Shown here: piece by piece, positions 1-11,028 of the stretch
Numbering within the stretch: position 1 is the stretch's first letter
Layout: each line of letters opens with the position of its first letter
Sequence record: NC_031103.1
DNA: 64,000 nt
Reading direction: 5' to 3' (one strand)
Source: Escherichia phage vB_EcoM-UFV13
Program-made: the position numbers and the translations under genes
Notes under the pieces: model-generated
What the model was told of the DNA's origin: nothing
Database searches by the model: none
What the model saw: only the letters and a program-made list of their open reading frames with translations

Positions 1-45
1 TCTGCTGAGTATGTTCCAGTATCTCATGGTATGTCAATGGTATAA
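1..45 (+). CDS. 17: 3' end of upstream gene (partial), probably terminase large subunit gp17 by synteny
   Basis: Open frame from window edge to TAA at 43-45, directly upstream of gene 18 as in T4 order; too short to confirm by sequence. Confidence 0.35.
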   Translation, partial: SAEYVPVSHGMSMV

Positions 46-48
46 ATA
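41..48 (+). promoter_or_regulatory. T4-type late promoter core TATAAATA for gene 18
   Basis: Exact TATAAATA about 29 nt upstream of the gene 18 ATG. Confidence 0.7.
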
Positions 49-76
49 TATTAAAGCATATTAAAGAGGATTAAAA

Positions 77-2056
77 ATGACTTTATTATCTCCGGGCATT
101 GAGCTCAAAGAAACTACGGTTCAAAGCACCGTGGTTAATAACTCTACTGGTACAGCAGCTTTGGCCGGTAAATTCCAGTGGGGTCCTGCTTTTCAAATTA
201 AACAGGTTACAAATGAAGTAGATTTAGTTAATACTTTTGGTCAACCAACCGCTGAAACTGCTGACTATTTTATGTCTGCGATGAATTTCTTGCAGTACGG
301 AAATGACTTACGAGTAGTTCGTGCTGTTGATAGAGATACCGCTAAAAACTCATCGCCAATTGCTGGTAATATTGAATACACAATTTCTACCCCAGGTAGT
401 AACTACGCGGTTGGAGATAAAATCACGGTCAAATATGTTTCAGATGATATTGAAACTGAAGGTAAAATTACTGAAGTAGACGCAGATGGAAAAATTAAGA
501 AAATTAATATTCCTACTGCAAAAATTATCGCTAAAGCGAAAGAAGTCGGTGAATATCCAACACTAGGTTCTAACTGGACTGCGGAAATTTCTTCATCTTC
601 CTCTGGTTTAGCCGCAGTAATAACTCTTGGAAAAATTATTACTGATTCTGGTATTTTATTAGCTGAAATTGAAAATGCTGAAGCTGCTATGACAGCGGTT
701 GACTTTCAAGCAAATCTCGAAAAATACGGAATTCCAGGAGTAGTAGCTCTTTATCCAGGTGAGTTGGGCGATAAAATTGAAATTGAAATCGTATCTAAAG
801 CTGACTATGCAAAAGGAGCTTCTGCATTACTCCCAATTTATCCAGGCGGTGGTACTCGTGCATCTACTGCCAAAGCAGTGTTTGGATATGGACCGCAAAC
901 TGATTCACAGTACGCTATTATAGTTCGTCGTAATGATGCTATTGTTCAAAGCGTTGTTCTTTCAACTAAGCGTGGCGAAAAAGATATTTACGATAGTAAC
1001 ATCTATATCGATGACTTTTTCGCAAAAGGCGGCTCAGAATATATTTTTGCAACTGCACAAAACTGGCCAGAAGGCTTCTCTGGAATTTTAACTCTGTCTG
1101 GTGGATTATCATCAAATGCTGAAGTAACAGCAGGAGATTTGATGGAAGCTTGGGACTTCTTTGCTGACCGTGAATCTGTTGACGTTCAACTGTTTATTGC
1201 GGGTTCTTGTGCTGGTGAATCTTTAGAAACAGCATCTACTGTCCAAAAACATGTTGTTTCAATCGGGGATGCTCGCCAGGATTGCTTAGTATTGTGCTCA
1301 CCACCGCGCGAAACTGTAGTTGGAATTCCTGTAACTCGCGCTGTTGACAACTTAGTCAATTGGAGAACCGCAACAGGTTCATATACTGATAATAACTTTA
1401 ATATTAGTTCAACCTATGCAGCAATTGATGGTAACTACAAATATCAGTATGACAAATATAATGATGTGAATCGTTGGGTCCCATTAGCAGCTGATATTGC
1501 TGGATTGTGTGCAAGAACTGATAACGTATCTCAGACTTGGATGTCTCCAGCTGGTTATAATCGTGGCCAAATTTTGAACGTTATTAAACTGGCTATTGAA
1601 ACTCGCCAGGCTCAGCGCGACCGTTTATACCAAGAAGCTATCAACCCGGTAACTGGTACAGGTGGTGATGGTTACGTATTGTATGGTGATAAAACAGCTA
1701 CTTCTGTTCCTTCTCCGTTTGATCGTATTAACGTTCGTCGTCTGTTTAATATGTTGAAAACGAATATCGGACGTAGTTCAAAATATCGTTTGTTCGAATT
1801 AAACAATGCGTTTACTCGTTCATCATTCCGCACAGAAACTGCCCAGTACTTACAGGGAATTAAAGCTCTCGGTGGAATTTATGAATATCGTGTAGTTTGC
1901 GATACAACAAATAACACTCCGTCAGTAATTGATAGAAATGAGTTTGTTGCAACATTCTACATCCAACCGGCTAGAAGCATTAACTACATTACCTTAAACT
2001 TCGTAGCAACTGCTACTGGTGCAGACTTCGATGAGTTAACTGGTCTTGCAGGTTAA
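77..2056 (+). CDS. 18: Tail sheath protein gp18
   Basis: 659 aa, same length as T4 gp18; N-terminus MTLLSPGIELKETTVQSTVVNNSTGTAALAGKFQWGP recalled as T4 gp18; ATG start. Confidence 0.95.
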   Translation: MTLLSPGIELKETTVQSTVVNNSTGTAALAGKFQWGPAFQIKQVTNEVDLVNTFGQPTAETADYFMSAMNFLQYGNDLRVVRAVDRDTAKNSSPIAGNIEYTISTPGSNYAVGDKITVKYVSDDIETEGKITEVDADGKIKKINIPTAKIIAKAKEVGEYPTLGSNWTAEISSSSSGLAAVITLGKIITDSGILLAEIENAEAAMTAVDFQANLEKYGIPGVVALYPGELGDKIEIEIVSKADYAKGASALLPIYPGGGTRASTAKAVFGYGPQTDSQYAIIVRRNDAIVQSVVLSTKRGEKDIYDSNIYIDDFFAKGGSEYIFATAQNWPEGFSGILTLSGGLSSNAEVTAGDLMEAWDFFADRESVDVQLFIAGSCAGESLETASTVQKHVVSIGDARQDCLVLCSPPRETVVGIPVTRAVDNLVNWRTATGSYTDNNFNISSTYAAIDGNYKYQYDKYNDVNRWVPLAADIAGLCARTDNVSQTWMSPAGYNRGQILNVIKLAIETRQAQRDRLYQEAINPVTGTGGDGYVLYGDKTATSVPSPFDRINVRRLFNMLKTNIGRSSKYRLFELNNAFTRSSFRTETAQYLQGIKALGGIYEYRVVCDTTNNTPSVIDRNEFVATFYIQPARSINYITLNFVATATGADFDELTGLAG

Positions 2057-2072
2057 TACGGTGCATTCTAAA

Positions 2073-2090
2073 GGCCTGTTTCGGCAGGCC
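2073..2090 (+). terminator. Stem-loop downstream of gene 18 (GGCCTG-N6-CAGGCC)
   Basis: Perfect 6-bp GC-rich inverted repeat 17 nt after the gene 18 stop; no clear U-tract, so it may be an attenuator or RNA-stability hairpin. Confidence 0.45.
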
Positions 2091-2091
2091 A

Positions 2092-2099
2092 TATAAATA
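2092..2099 (+). promoter_or_regulatory. T4-type late promoter TATAAATA for gene 19
   Basis: Exact TATAAATA immediately after the hairpin, about 74 nt upstream of the gene 19 ATG. Confidence 0.65.
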
Positions 2100-2150
2100 C
2101 ACTATATCCTTAATTCTTTAATTCTATATGCCCTAGGTTAAACATAGGGA

Positions 2151-2158
2151 TATAAATA
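2151..2158 (+). promoter_or_regulatory. Second TATAAATA motif upstream of gene 19
   Basis: Exact TATAAATA 15 nt before the ATG; the predicted start would fall in the SD (GAGG), so function is uncertain. Confidence 0.35.
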
Positions 2159-2172
2159 CTACAGAGGCTAAT

Positions 2173-2664
2173 ATGTTTGTAGATGATGTAACACGAGCGT
2201 TTGAATCTGGTGATTTTGCTCGACCTAACTTATTCCAAGTAGAAATTTCTTATCTTGGACAAAATTTTACGTTTCAATGTAAAGCCACTGCTTTGCCAGC
2301 TGGTATTGTAGAAAAAATTCCAGTCGGATTTATGAACCGTAAAATTAACGTGGCAGGAGATCGTACATTCGATGACTGGACTGTTACAGTAATGAACGAT
2401 GAAGCTCATGATGCTCGTCAGAAGTTTGTTGATTGGCAAAGCATTGCTGCTGGTCAAGGAAACGAAATTACTGGTGGAAAACCTGCAGAGTATAAAAAGA
2501 GCGCTATCGTTCGTCAATATGCTCGTGACGCTAAAACAGTAACAAAAGAAATTGAAATTAAAGGTCTGTGGCCTACTAACGTGGGTGAACTTCAATTAGA
2601 TTGGGATTCAAACAATGAAATCCAAACCTTTGAAGTAACTCTTGCTCTCGATTATTGGGAATAA
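2173..2664 (+). CDS. 19: Tail tube protein gp19
   Basis: 163 aa as in T4 gp19; position after gene 18. Confidence 0.93.
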   Translation: MFVDDVTRAFESGDFARPNLFQVEISYLGQNFTFQCKATALPAGIVEKIPVGFMNRKINVAGDRTFDDWTVTVMNDEAHDARQKFVDWQSIAAGQGNEITGGKPAEYKKSAIVRQYARDAKTVTKEIEIKGLWPTNVGELQLDWDSNNEIQTFEVTLALDYWE

Positions 2665-2669
2665 AATGA

Positions 2670-2687
2670 ATGGGGAGAAATCCCCAT
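2670..2687 (+). terminator. Stem-loop after gene 19 (TGGGGA-GAAA-TCCCCA)
   Basis: 6-7 bp perfect stem with GAAA tetraloop 6 nt after the gene 19 stop. Confidence 0.5.
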
Positions 2688-2696
2688 CCTGCTTAA

Positions 2697-4321
<1,625 letters not shown>

Positions 4322-4322
<1 letters not shown>

Positions 4323-4561
4323 TGGAAGGTTTAATTGAAGCTATTAAATCAAACGACCTCGTAGCCGCTCGTAAATTATTTGCTGAAGCCATGGCTGCAA
4401 GAACGATTGATTTAATTAAAGAAGAAAAAATCGCTATCGCTCGTAATTTCTTAATCGAAGGTGAAGAACCTGAAAACGAGGATGAAGATGATGACGAAGA
4501 TAGTGATGATAAAGACGACAAAAAAGACAAAGACTCTGACGAAGACGAGGATGATGAATAA
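4322..4561 (+). CDS. 67: Prohead core protein gp67 with poly-acidic C-terminal tail
   Basis: 79 aa; position between 20 and 68; start overlaps the gene 20 stop; C-terminal D/E-rich tract. Confidence 0.8.
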
Positions 4562-4986
4562 TGCTTCTGATCCCTGAAACTCATGAATTAGTTCTCGAGA
4601 ATGTCGAAGCACTTATTCCTGAAGCACAGGGTCGCTTTGACGAATTGTCTTCTGCTTTAAATAAAGACGATATAAATACAATTGTCGAGAATATGCTTGA
4701 TGATGAAACTGATTTAGCGATTGCATTAGCTTCTATTAATGAAAACATGCCGTTAAATGAATTTATCGTTAAACATGTTTCTGCCCGTGGTGAAATTACT
4801 CGCACTAAAGATCGCAAAACCCGCGAACGAAATGCATTTCAAACCACTGGGCTGTCTAAAGCAAAACGTAGACAAATTGCTCGCAAAGCTACCAAAACGA
4901 AGATTGCCAATCCAGCAGGTCAATCTCGTGCTCAGCGTAAGCGTAAAAAAGCTCTTAAACGCCGTAAAGCATTAGGATTAAGCTAA
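4561..4986 (+). CDS. 68: Prohead core protein gp68
   Basis: 141 aa as in T4; TAATG overlap with 67; basic C-terminus. Confidence 0.8.
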   Translation: MLLIPETHELVLENVEALIPEAQGRFDELSSALNKDDINTIVENMLDDETDLAIALASINENMPLNEFIVKHVSARGEITRTKDRKTRERNAFQTTGLSKAKRRQIARKATKTKIANPAGQSRAQRKRKKALKRRKALGLS

Positions 4987-5624
4987 TGAATGAACCCCAA
5001 TTACTAATTGAAACTTGGGGTCAACCTGGCGAAATTATTGATGGTGTGCCAATGCTCGAATCCCACGATGGAAAAGACTTAGGTTTAAAACCTGGTTTAT
5101 ACATCGAAGGAATATTCATGCAAGCAGAAGTCGTCAATAGAAATAAACGTCTTTATCCAAAACGCATATTAGAAAAAGCGGTAAAAGACTATATTAATGA
5201 GCAAGTTTTAACTAAACAAGCTCTCGGAGAATTAAATCATCCTCCACGCGCTAATGTTGACCCAATGCAAGCCGCTATCATTATAGAAGATATGTGGTGG
5301 AAAGGAAATGACGTATACGGACGAGCTCGTGTTATTGAAGGTGACCATGGTCCTGGAGATAAATTAGCAGCTAATATTCGTGCCGGATGGATTCCAGGAG
5401 TTTCTTCTCGTGGATTAGGTTCATTGACTGACACAAATAAAGGTTATCGTATCGTAAACGAAGGATTCAAATTAACTGTAGGTGTTGATGCAGTATGGGG
5501 TCCAAGTGCTCCAGATGCATGGGTAACTCCTAAGGAAATTACCGAATCACAGACGGCGGAAGCCGATACAAGTGCCGATGACGCCTATATGGCTCTCGCA
5601 GAGGCCATGAAAAAAGCGTTATAA
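4986..5624 (+). CDS. 21: Prohead core protease gp21
   Basis: 212 aa as in T4 gp21; position. Confidence 0.93.
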   Translation: MNEPQLLIETWGQPGEIIDGVPMLESHDGKDLGLKPGLYIEGIFMQAEVVNRNKRLYPKRILEKAVKDYINEQVLTKQALGELNHPPRANVDPMQAAIIIEDMWWKGNDVYGRARVIEGDHGPGDKLAANIRAGWIPGVSSRGLGSLTDTNKGYRIVNEGFKLTVGVDAVWGPSAPDAWVTPKEITESQTAEADTSADDAYMALAEAMKKAL

Positions 5625-5627
5625 ATA
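5620..5627 (+). promoter_or_regulatory. T4-type late promoter TATAAATA for gene 22
   Basis: Exact TATAAATA overlapping the gene 21 stop, about 28 nt upstream of the gene 22 ATG. Confidence 0.7.
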
Positions 5628-5654
5628 TTATTATCTAAACAACAGGACTACAAA

Positions 5655-6464
5655 ATGCTTAAAGAACAACTGATTGCCGAAGCGCAGAAAATTGATGCTT
5701 CCGTTGCTCTTGATAGTATTTTCGAATCAGTTAATATTTCTCCGGAAGCAAAAGAAACTTTCGGCACTGTATTCGAAGCTACCGTCAAGCAGCACGCCGT
5801 TAAATTAGCTGAATCTCATATCGCTAAAATTGCTGAAAAAGCAGAAGAAGAAGTAGAAAAAAATAAAGAAGAAGCAGAAGAAAAAGCTGAGAAGAAAATC
5901 GCTGAGCAAGCTTCTAAATTCATTGACCATCTTGCGAAAGAATGGCTCGCTGAAAATAAATTAGCAGTTGATAAAGGCATCAAAGCCGAACTGTTTGAAT
6001 CCATGCTTGGTGGATTAAAAGAGCTCTTTGTTGAACACAACGTTGTTGTTCCAGAAGAATCAGTTGATGTTGTAGCTGAAATGGAAGAAGAGCTGCAAGA
6101 ACATAAAGAAGAATCAGCTCGTCTGTTCGAAGAACTCAATATGCGCGACGCATATATCAATTATGTGCAGCGTGAAGTGGCATTGAGCGAAAGTACTAAA
6201 GATCTGACTGAGTCTCAAAAAGAAAAAGTCTCTGCTCTGGTCGAAGGTATGGATTATTCAGATGAATTCTCAAGTAAATTGAGTGCCATCGTAGAAATGG
6301 TGAAGAAGTCTAATAAAGATGAAAGCACTATTACTGAGGGTATAAATACTCCTGATACTGAAGCAGCCGGACTGAATTTCGTCACTGAAGCTGTAGAAGA
6401 TAAATCTGCATCTGGTGCAGAAGATATTGTAAGTGTATATGCGAAAGTCGCATCTCGTTTCTAA
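5655..6464 (+). CDS. 22: Prohead core scaffold protein gp22
   Basis: 269 aa as in T4; acidic, coiled-coil-rich; position. Confidence 0.9.
   Translation: MLKEQLIAEAQKIDASVALDSIFESVNISPEAKETFGTVFEATVKQHAVKLAESHIAKIAEKAEEEVEKNKEEAEEKAEKKIAEQASKFIDHLAKEWLAENKLAVDKGIKAELFESMLGGLKELFVEHNVVVPEESVDVVAEMEEELQEHKEESARLFEELNMRDAYINYVQREVALSESTKDLTESQKEKVSALVEGMDYSDEFSSKLSAIVEMVKKSNKDESTITEGINTPDTEAAGLNFVTEAVEDKSASGAEDIVSVYAKVASRF
6341..6348 (+). promoter_or_regulatory. T4-type late promoter TATAAATA inside the 3' part of gene 22, candidate gene 23 promoter
   Basis: Exact TATAAATA about 135 nt upstream of the gene 23 ATG; no exact motif in the short 22-23 spacer. Confidence 0.45.
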
Positions 6465-6482
6465 TTTTAAAGGTTAACACAA

Positions 6483-8048
6483 ATGACTATCAAAACTAAA
6501 GCTGAACTTTTGAACAAATGGAAGCCATTACTGGAAGGTGAAGGTTTACCGGAAATTGCTAATAGCAAACAAGCGATTATCGCTAAAATCTTTGAAAACC
6601 AGGAAAAAGATTTCCAGACAGCTCCGGAATATAAAGACGAAAAAATTGCTCAGGCATTCGGTTCTTTCTTAACAGAAGCTGAAATCGGTGGTGACCACGG
6701 TTACAATGCTACCAACATCGCTGCAGGTCAGACTTCTGGCGCAGTAACTCAGATTGGCCCAGCTGTTATGGGTATGGTACGTCGTGCTATTCCTAACCTG
6801 ATTGCTTTCGATATTTGCGGTGTTCAGCCGATGAACAGCCCGACTGGCCAGGTATTCGCACTGCGCGCAGTATATGGTAAAGACCCAATCGCTTCCGGTG
6901 CTAAAGAAGCATTCCACCCAATGTATGGTCCAGATGCAATGTTCTCTGGTCAGGGTGCTGCTAAGAAATTCGCTGCTTTGGCTGCTAGCACACAAACTAC
7001 AGTAGGTGATATCTATACTCACTTCTTCCAGGACACTGGTACTGTGTATCTGCAAGCTTCTGTTCAAGTAACAATCGATGCTGGTGCGACTGATGCTGCT
7101 AAATTAGATGCTGAAATTAAGAAACAAATGGAAGCTGGTGCACTGGTAGAAATCGCTGAAGGTATGGCTACTTCTATCGCTGAACTCCAGGAAAGTTTCA
7201 ACGGTTCTACCGATAACCCATGGAATGAAATGGGCTTCCGTATCGATAAACAAGTTATCGAAGCTAAATCTCGCCAACTGAAAGCTGCTTACTCTATCGA
7301 ATTAGCACAAGACCTCCGTGCTGTTCACGGTATGGATGCTGATGCTGAACTGTCTGGTATTCTGGCTACAGAAATCATGCTGGAAATCAACCGTGAAGTT
7401 GTTGATTGGATTAACTACTCAGCTCAGGTTGGTAAATCTGGTATGACCCTGACTCCGGGTTCTAAAGCTGGTGTATTTGACTTCCAGGACCCAATCGATA
7501 TTCGTGGTGCTCGCTGGGCAGGTGAATCCTTTAAAGCTCTGTTGTTCCAGATTGACAAAGAAGCAGTTGAAATTGCTCGTCAGACCGGTCGTGGTGAAGG
7601 TAACTTCATTATCGCTTCCCGTAACGTAGTTAACGTTCTGGCTTCAGTTGATACCGGCATTTCTTATGCTGCACAAGGTCTGGCTACCGGCTTTAACACT
7701 GATACTACCAAGTCAGTATTTGCTGGTGTTCTGGGTGGTAAATACCGTGTATATATCGACCAGTATGCTAAACAGGATTATTTCACTGTAGGTTATAAAG
7801 GTCCGAACGAAATGGATGCTGGTATTTACTACGCTCCATATGTAGCTCTGACTCCGCTGCGTGGTTCCGATCCGAAGAACTTCCAACCAGTAATGGGATT
7901 CAAAACTCGTTACGGTATCGGTATCAACCCATTTGCAGAATCCGCTGCTCAGGCTCCGGCTTCTCGCATCCAGAGCGGTATGCCTTCTATTCTGAATAGC
8001 CTTGGTAAAAACGCTTACTTCCGCCGTGTATATGTTAAAGGTATCTAA
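6483..8048 (+). CDS. 23: Major capsid protein gp23
   Basis: 521 aa as in T4 gp23; strongly codon-biased, highly expressed-type sequence. Confidence 0.96.
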   Translation: MTIKTKAELLNKWKPLLEGEGLPEIANSKQAIIAKIFENQEKDFQTAPEYKDEKIAQAFGSFLTEAEIGGDHGYNATNIAAGQTSGAVTQIGPAVMGMVRRAIPNLIAFDICGVQPMNSPTGQVFALRAVYGKDPIASGAKEAFHPMYGPDAMFSGQGAAKKFAALAASTQTTVGDIYTHFFQDTGTVYLQASVQVTIDAGATDAAKLDAEIKKQMEAGALVEIAEGMATSIAELQESFNGSTDNPWNEMGFRIDKQVIEAKSRQLKAAYSIELAQDLRAVHGMDADAELSGILATEIMLEINREVVDWINYSAQVGKSGMTLTPGSKAGVFDFQDPIDIRGARWAGESFKALLFQIDKEAVEIARQTGRGEGNFIIASRNVVNVLASVDTGISYAAQGLATGFNTDTTKSVFAGVLGGKYRVYIDQYAKQDYFTVGYKGPNEMDAGIYYAPYVALTPLRGSDPKNFQPVMGFKTRYGIGINPFAESAAQAPASRIQSGMPSILNSLGKNAYFRRVYVKGI

Positions 8049-8063
8049 TCTTTGACGATTTAA

Positions 8064-8079
8064 GGGACCTTCGGGTCCC
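8064..8079 (+). terminator. Intrinsic terminator after gene 23 (GGGACC-TTCG-GGTCCC then T-run)
   Basis: Perfect 6-bp GC stem with UUCG tetraloop followed by TTTAGTTGTTTTT. Confidence 0.8.
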
Positions 8080-8096
8080 TTTAGTTGTTTTTATGG

Positions 8097-8104
8097 TATA
8101 AATA
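8097..8104 (+). promoter_or_regulatory. T4-type late promoter TATAAATA for gene 24
   Basis: Exact TATAAATA about 28 nt upstream of the gene 24 ATG. Confidence 0.7.
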
Positions 8105-8131
8105 AATCATATAAACCAAAAGGAAAGCGCA

Positions 8132-9415
8132 ATGGCTAAAATCAACGAACTTCTGCGCGAATCAACCACAACGAATAGCAACTCAATCGGTCGCCCAAAT
8201 CTCGTTGCTTTGACTCGCGCTACCACTAAATTAATATATTCTGACATTGTAGCAACGCAAAGAACTAATCAACCTGTTGCTGCTTTTTACGGTATCAAAT
8301 ACCTTAACCCAGATAACGAATTTACGTTTAAAACTGGTGCTACTTACGCTGGCGAAGCTGGATATGTAGACCGAGAACAAATCACAGAATTAACAGAAGA
8401 GTCTAAATTAACACTCAATAAAGGCGATTTATTCAAATATAATAATATCGTTTATAAAGTATTAGAAGATACTCCATTTGCTGATATTGAAGAAAGCGAC
8501 TTAGAGTTAGCTCTTCAGATTGCAATCGTTCTTTTAAAGGTTCGTCTATTTTCTGACGCAGCGTCAACAAGCAAATTTGAAAGCTCTGATAGCGAAATTG
8601 CGGATGCTAGATTCCAGATTAATAAATGGCAAACCGCCGTTAAATCTCGTAAACTTAAAACTGGTATCACAGTTGAATTAGCACAAGATTTAGAAGCAAA
8701 CGGATTCGACGCTCCTAATTTCCTGGAAGATTTGCTTGCAACTGAAATGGCAGATGAAATCAATAAAGATATTCTACAGTCTTTGATTACAGTATCAAAA
8801 CGTTATAAAGTTACAGGAATTACTGATACTGGATTCATTGATTTGAGTTATGCATCTGCTCCTGAAGCAGGTCGTTCATTATACCGAATGGTATGTGAAA
8901 TGGTTTCACATATCCAAAAAGAATCAACTTATACAGCAACGTTCTGTGTTGCTTCAGCTCGTGCCGCTGCGATTCTTGCTGCATCAGGTTGGTTAAAACA
9001 TAAACCAGAAGATGACAAATATCTTTCACAAAATGCCTACGGGTTCTTAGCTAATGGTTTACCGCTTTATTGCGATACTAACAGCCCATTAGATTATGTA
9101 ATCGTTGGTGTAGTAGAAAATATCGGTGAAAAAGAAATTGTTGGATCAATTTTCTATGCTCCGTATACAGAAGGTCTCGACTTAGATGACCCTGAACATG
9201 TAGGTGCATTTAAAGTTGTGGTTGATCCAGAAAGCTTACAACCGTCTATCGGTTTATTAGTTAGATATGCTTTATCAGCAAATCCTTATACCGTAGCAAA
9301 AGATGAAAAAGAAGCAAGAATAATTGACGGTGGAGACATGGATAAAATGGCAGGTCGTTCAGATTTGTCTGTTTTATTAGGTGTTAAGCTACCAAAAATT
9401 ATTGTTGATGAATAA
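8132..9415 (+). CDS. 24: Capsid vertex protein gp24
   Basis: 427 aa as in T4 gp24; gp23-like fold region (compare ...YYAPYV... in gp23 with ...FYAPYT... here). Confidence 0.93.
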   Translation: MAKINELLRESTTTNSNSIGRPNLVALTRATTKLIYSDIVATQRTNQPVAAFYGIKYLNPDNEFTFKTGATYAGEAGYVDREQITELTEESKLTLNKGDLFKYNNIVYKVLEDTPFADIEESDLELALQIAIVLLKVRLFSDAASTSKFESSDSEIADARFQINKWQTAVKSRKLKTGITVELAQDLEANGFDAPNFLEDLLATEMADEINKDILQSLITVSKRYKVTGITDTGFIDLSYASAPEAGRSLYRMVCEMVSHIQKESTYTATFCVASARAAAILAASGWLKHKPEDDKYLSQNAYGFLANGLPLYCDTNSPLDYVIVGVVENIGEKEIVGSIFYAPYTEGLDLDDPEHVGAFKVVVDPESLQPSIGLLVRYALSANPYTVAKDEKEARIIDGGDMDKMAGRSDLSVLLGVKLPKIIVDE

Positions 9416-9418
9416 AAC

Positions 9419-9440
9419 AAAGGGACCTTTCGGTCCCTTT
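9419..9440. terminator. Bidirectional terminator between gene 24 (+) and rnlB (-)
   Basis: AAGGGACC-TTTC-GGTCCCTT hairpin with A/T-rich runs on both sides, between convergent genes. Confidence 0.8.
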
Positions 9441-9444
9441 TTAT

Positions 9445-10449
9445 TTAACTTACCAATTCAATCCAAGCCGGACGAAGTACATCTTGTACCATTTTAACTA
9501 ATTCCTTTTTAATCAAAGAAGGATTATCCGCTTGAGTTAGAGTAATACCTTCACGAGAAGTTTCTTCCAAAATATCTTGAACAGTTAGTCCCATCACCTT
9601 TCCAAAATCTTTAGGACCAATTTCGCCAATTTTAGAAATAACGTTATTTACTCGGTTCAGTGTAACGTAACAAGCTAAAATTCCCACCAATTTGTTATCA
9701 GCTTCTGATAGTTCAACTTTAGCTTTAATAGGCTTATCAGACTTTTTCTTTTCACTAAATTTGGAATTCTTGCATTTAATAGCTACACGATTGCGATTAG
9801 GCAGCCAAGAAGGATAACAAGGTTTCAATACATATCCTTCAGCGGTAAATACTTCGCCTTTAGCTTCGGCATTCCAAACGCATTTATTTGCATCAACTAA
9901 TCCAGCATGGTCTACTGTAAAATTATAATCTTGGACAACAGAATCTAAATCATTTGGCAATTTAATAAGCTCTTCAAATTTACCGCGGCCTAAAAGTGGA
10001 GCCATTTTAAATTTAAATGTATTACAGAATGATTCCATCATATAATCGTCGACATAAGTCACATCACCACTTTCTGTAGTGACAATAATGTCAAATACAT
10101 AAAAATCTTTATCACCATAATCAACATTCTTCTGAATGCCAGGTCCAGCGAATTCGCCAAAGACTTGATAAGATACAACCGCTGAGGTTTCCATAATATC
10201 TTGTACTGCTTTAATGGAATCAGCGTAATTCTTTAAAATAATTTCATACCCAAAGAAATCTTCAGCAGGAAGAATCGGTCCAGTACGTTTAGCGCAAGTT
10301 ACTTTATCACGCTCAATAATCAATGAGAAATTTGTACCATGAATCTTTTCACGAGCTACCCACTCCCCACCAGTCAATCCCAAGCTGTAAAGTTTTTCAA
10401 TAAATTTAGAGTTGTAATGATTTTCAAGACTGCTATACTTTTTAAACAT
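9445..10449 (-). CDS. rnlB: RNA ligase 2 (Rnl2)
   Basis: 334 aa as in T4 Rnl2; nucleotidyltransferase motif I around [10 protein letters not shown] (KxHG); position after gene 24. Confidence 0.9.
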   Translation of the reverse strand: MFKKYSSLENHYNSKFIEKLYSLGLTGGEWVAREKIHGTNFSLIIERDKVTCAKRTGPILPAEDFFGYEIILKNYADSIKAVQDIMETSAVVSYQVFGEFAGPGIQKNVDYGDKDFYVFDIIVTTESGDVTYVDDYMMESFCNTFKFKMAPLLGRGKFEELIKLPNDLDSVVQDYNFTVDHAGLVDANKCVWNAEAKGEVFTAEGYVLKPCYPSWLPNRNRVAIKCKNSKFSEKKKSDKPIKAKVELSEADNKLVGILACYVTLNRVNNVISKIGEIGPKDFGKVMGLTVQDILEETSREGITLTQADNPSLIKKELVKMVQDVLRPAWIELVS

Positions 10450-10458
10450 AATTAATCC

Positions 10459-10737
10459 TCAAAATGTAATTTCTAACCAATCACCATCACGCTGATCACT
10501 ATTGACTTTAAAGCTGAATCCTTCTTTTCTCAGCCAATCACCAATTTCTTCAGTAATCAATTTATCGCGAGCAGTACAATAATAACTAAAATATGTTTTA
10601 CCTTGTTCAGCTGCTTTATTAGCAAGTTCTGAAAAATCTTTAATAAAACACTCTAGCTTAAACTGTTTACTTTTTAATGCTTTTTCACGTAATTGATTAG
10701 CAAAAGATTCATTTTCATAAAGATCATACTGTTCCAT
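10459..10737 (-). CDS. Hypothetical protein (positional equivalent of T4 24.2)
   Basis: 92-aa ORF in series with rnlB. Confidence 0.55.
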   Translation of the reverse strand: MEQYDLYENESFANQLREKALKSKQFKLECFIKDFSELANKAAEQGKTYFSYYCTARDKLITEEIGDWLRKEGFSFKVNSDQRDGDWLEITF

Positions 10738-10939
10738 TTTTCACCTTTTTATTGATATGTCTTTTTCTATAGACAACTTTTTCTCGAGTTTCAAATTTAT
10801 TCTTAGCAGTCATAGCTCGAGCCCATAATACAGCCACTTCTTTTGCCTGTAAGTTCAATTCACGAGCAATTTCAATGAATGACTTTCCAGACTCATGAAG
10901 AGTAAACACCACAACCTCAGTTCTCATAATCAATCTCAT
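10724..10939 (-). CDS. Hypothetical small basic protein with possible helix-turn-helix (positional equivalent of T4 24.3)
   Basis: 71 aa, ATG start; segment SGKSFIEIARELNLQAKEVAVLW resembles an HTH. Confidence 0.5.
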   Translation of the reverse strand: MRLIMRTEVVVFTLHESGKSFIEIARELNLQAKEVAVLWARAMTAKNKFETREKVVYRKRHINKKVKNGTV

Positions 10940-11006
10940 GTTATCGAGTTAGTGCCATTATATACATCATTTTCTGATTGTGTTTTGTGTGCTTTCAAAA
11001 TGAAGA

Positions 11007-11024
11007 AAGGGGCCGAAGCCCCTT
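11007..11024 (-). terminator. Stem-loop downstream of hoc (GGGGC-CGAA-GCCCC)
   Basis: Perfect GC stem 5 nt after the hoc stop. Confidence 0.6.
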
Positions 11025-11028
11025 ATGA

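Noticed and set aside
2230-2595. 121-aa minus-strand ORF inside gene 19
   Set aside because: Antisense shadow ORF entirely within a well-supported structural gene; no RBS or promoter
4581-4975. Overlapping ORFs on both strands inside gene 68 (4581-4817 minus, 4757-4975 plus)
   Set aside because: Contained within gp68 coding sequence in other frames; no independent signals
5816-7067. Minus-strand ORFs inside genes 22 and 23 (5816-6160, 6669-7067)
   Set aside because: Antisense to highly expressed late genes; low-complexity translations
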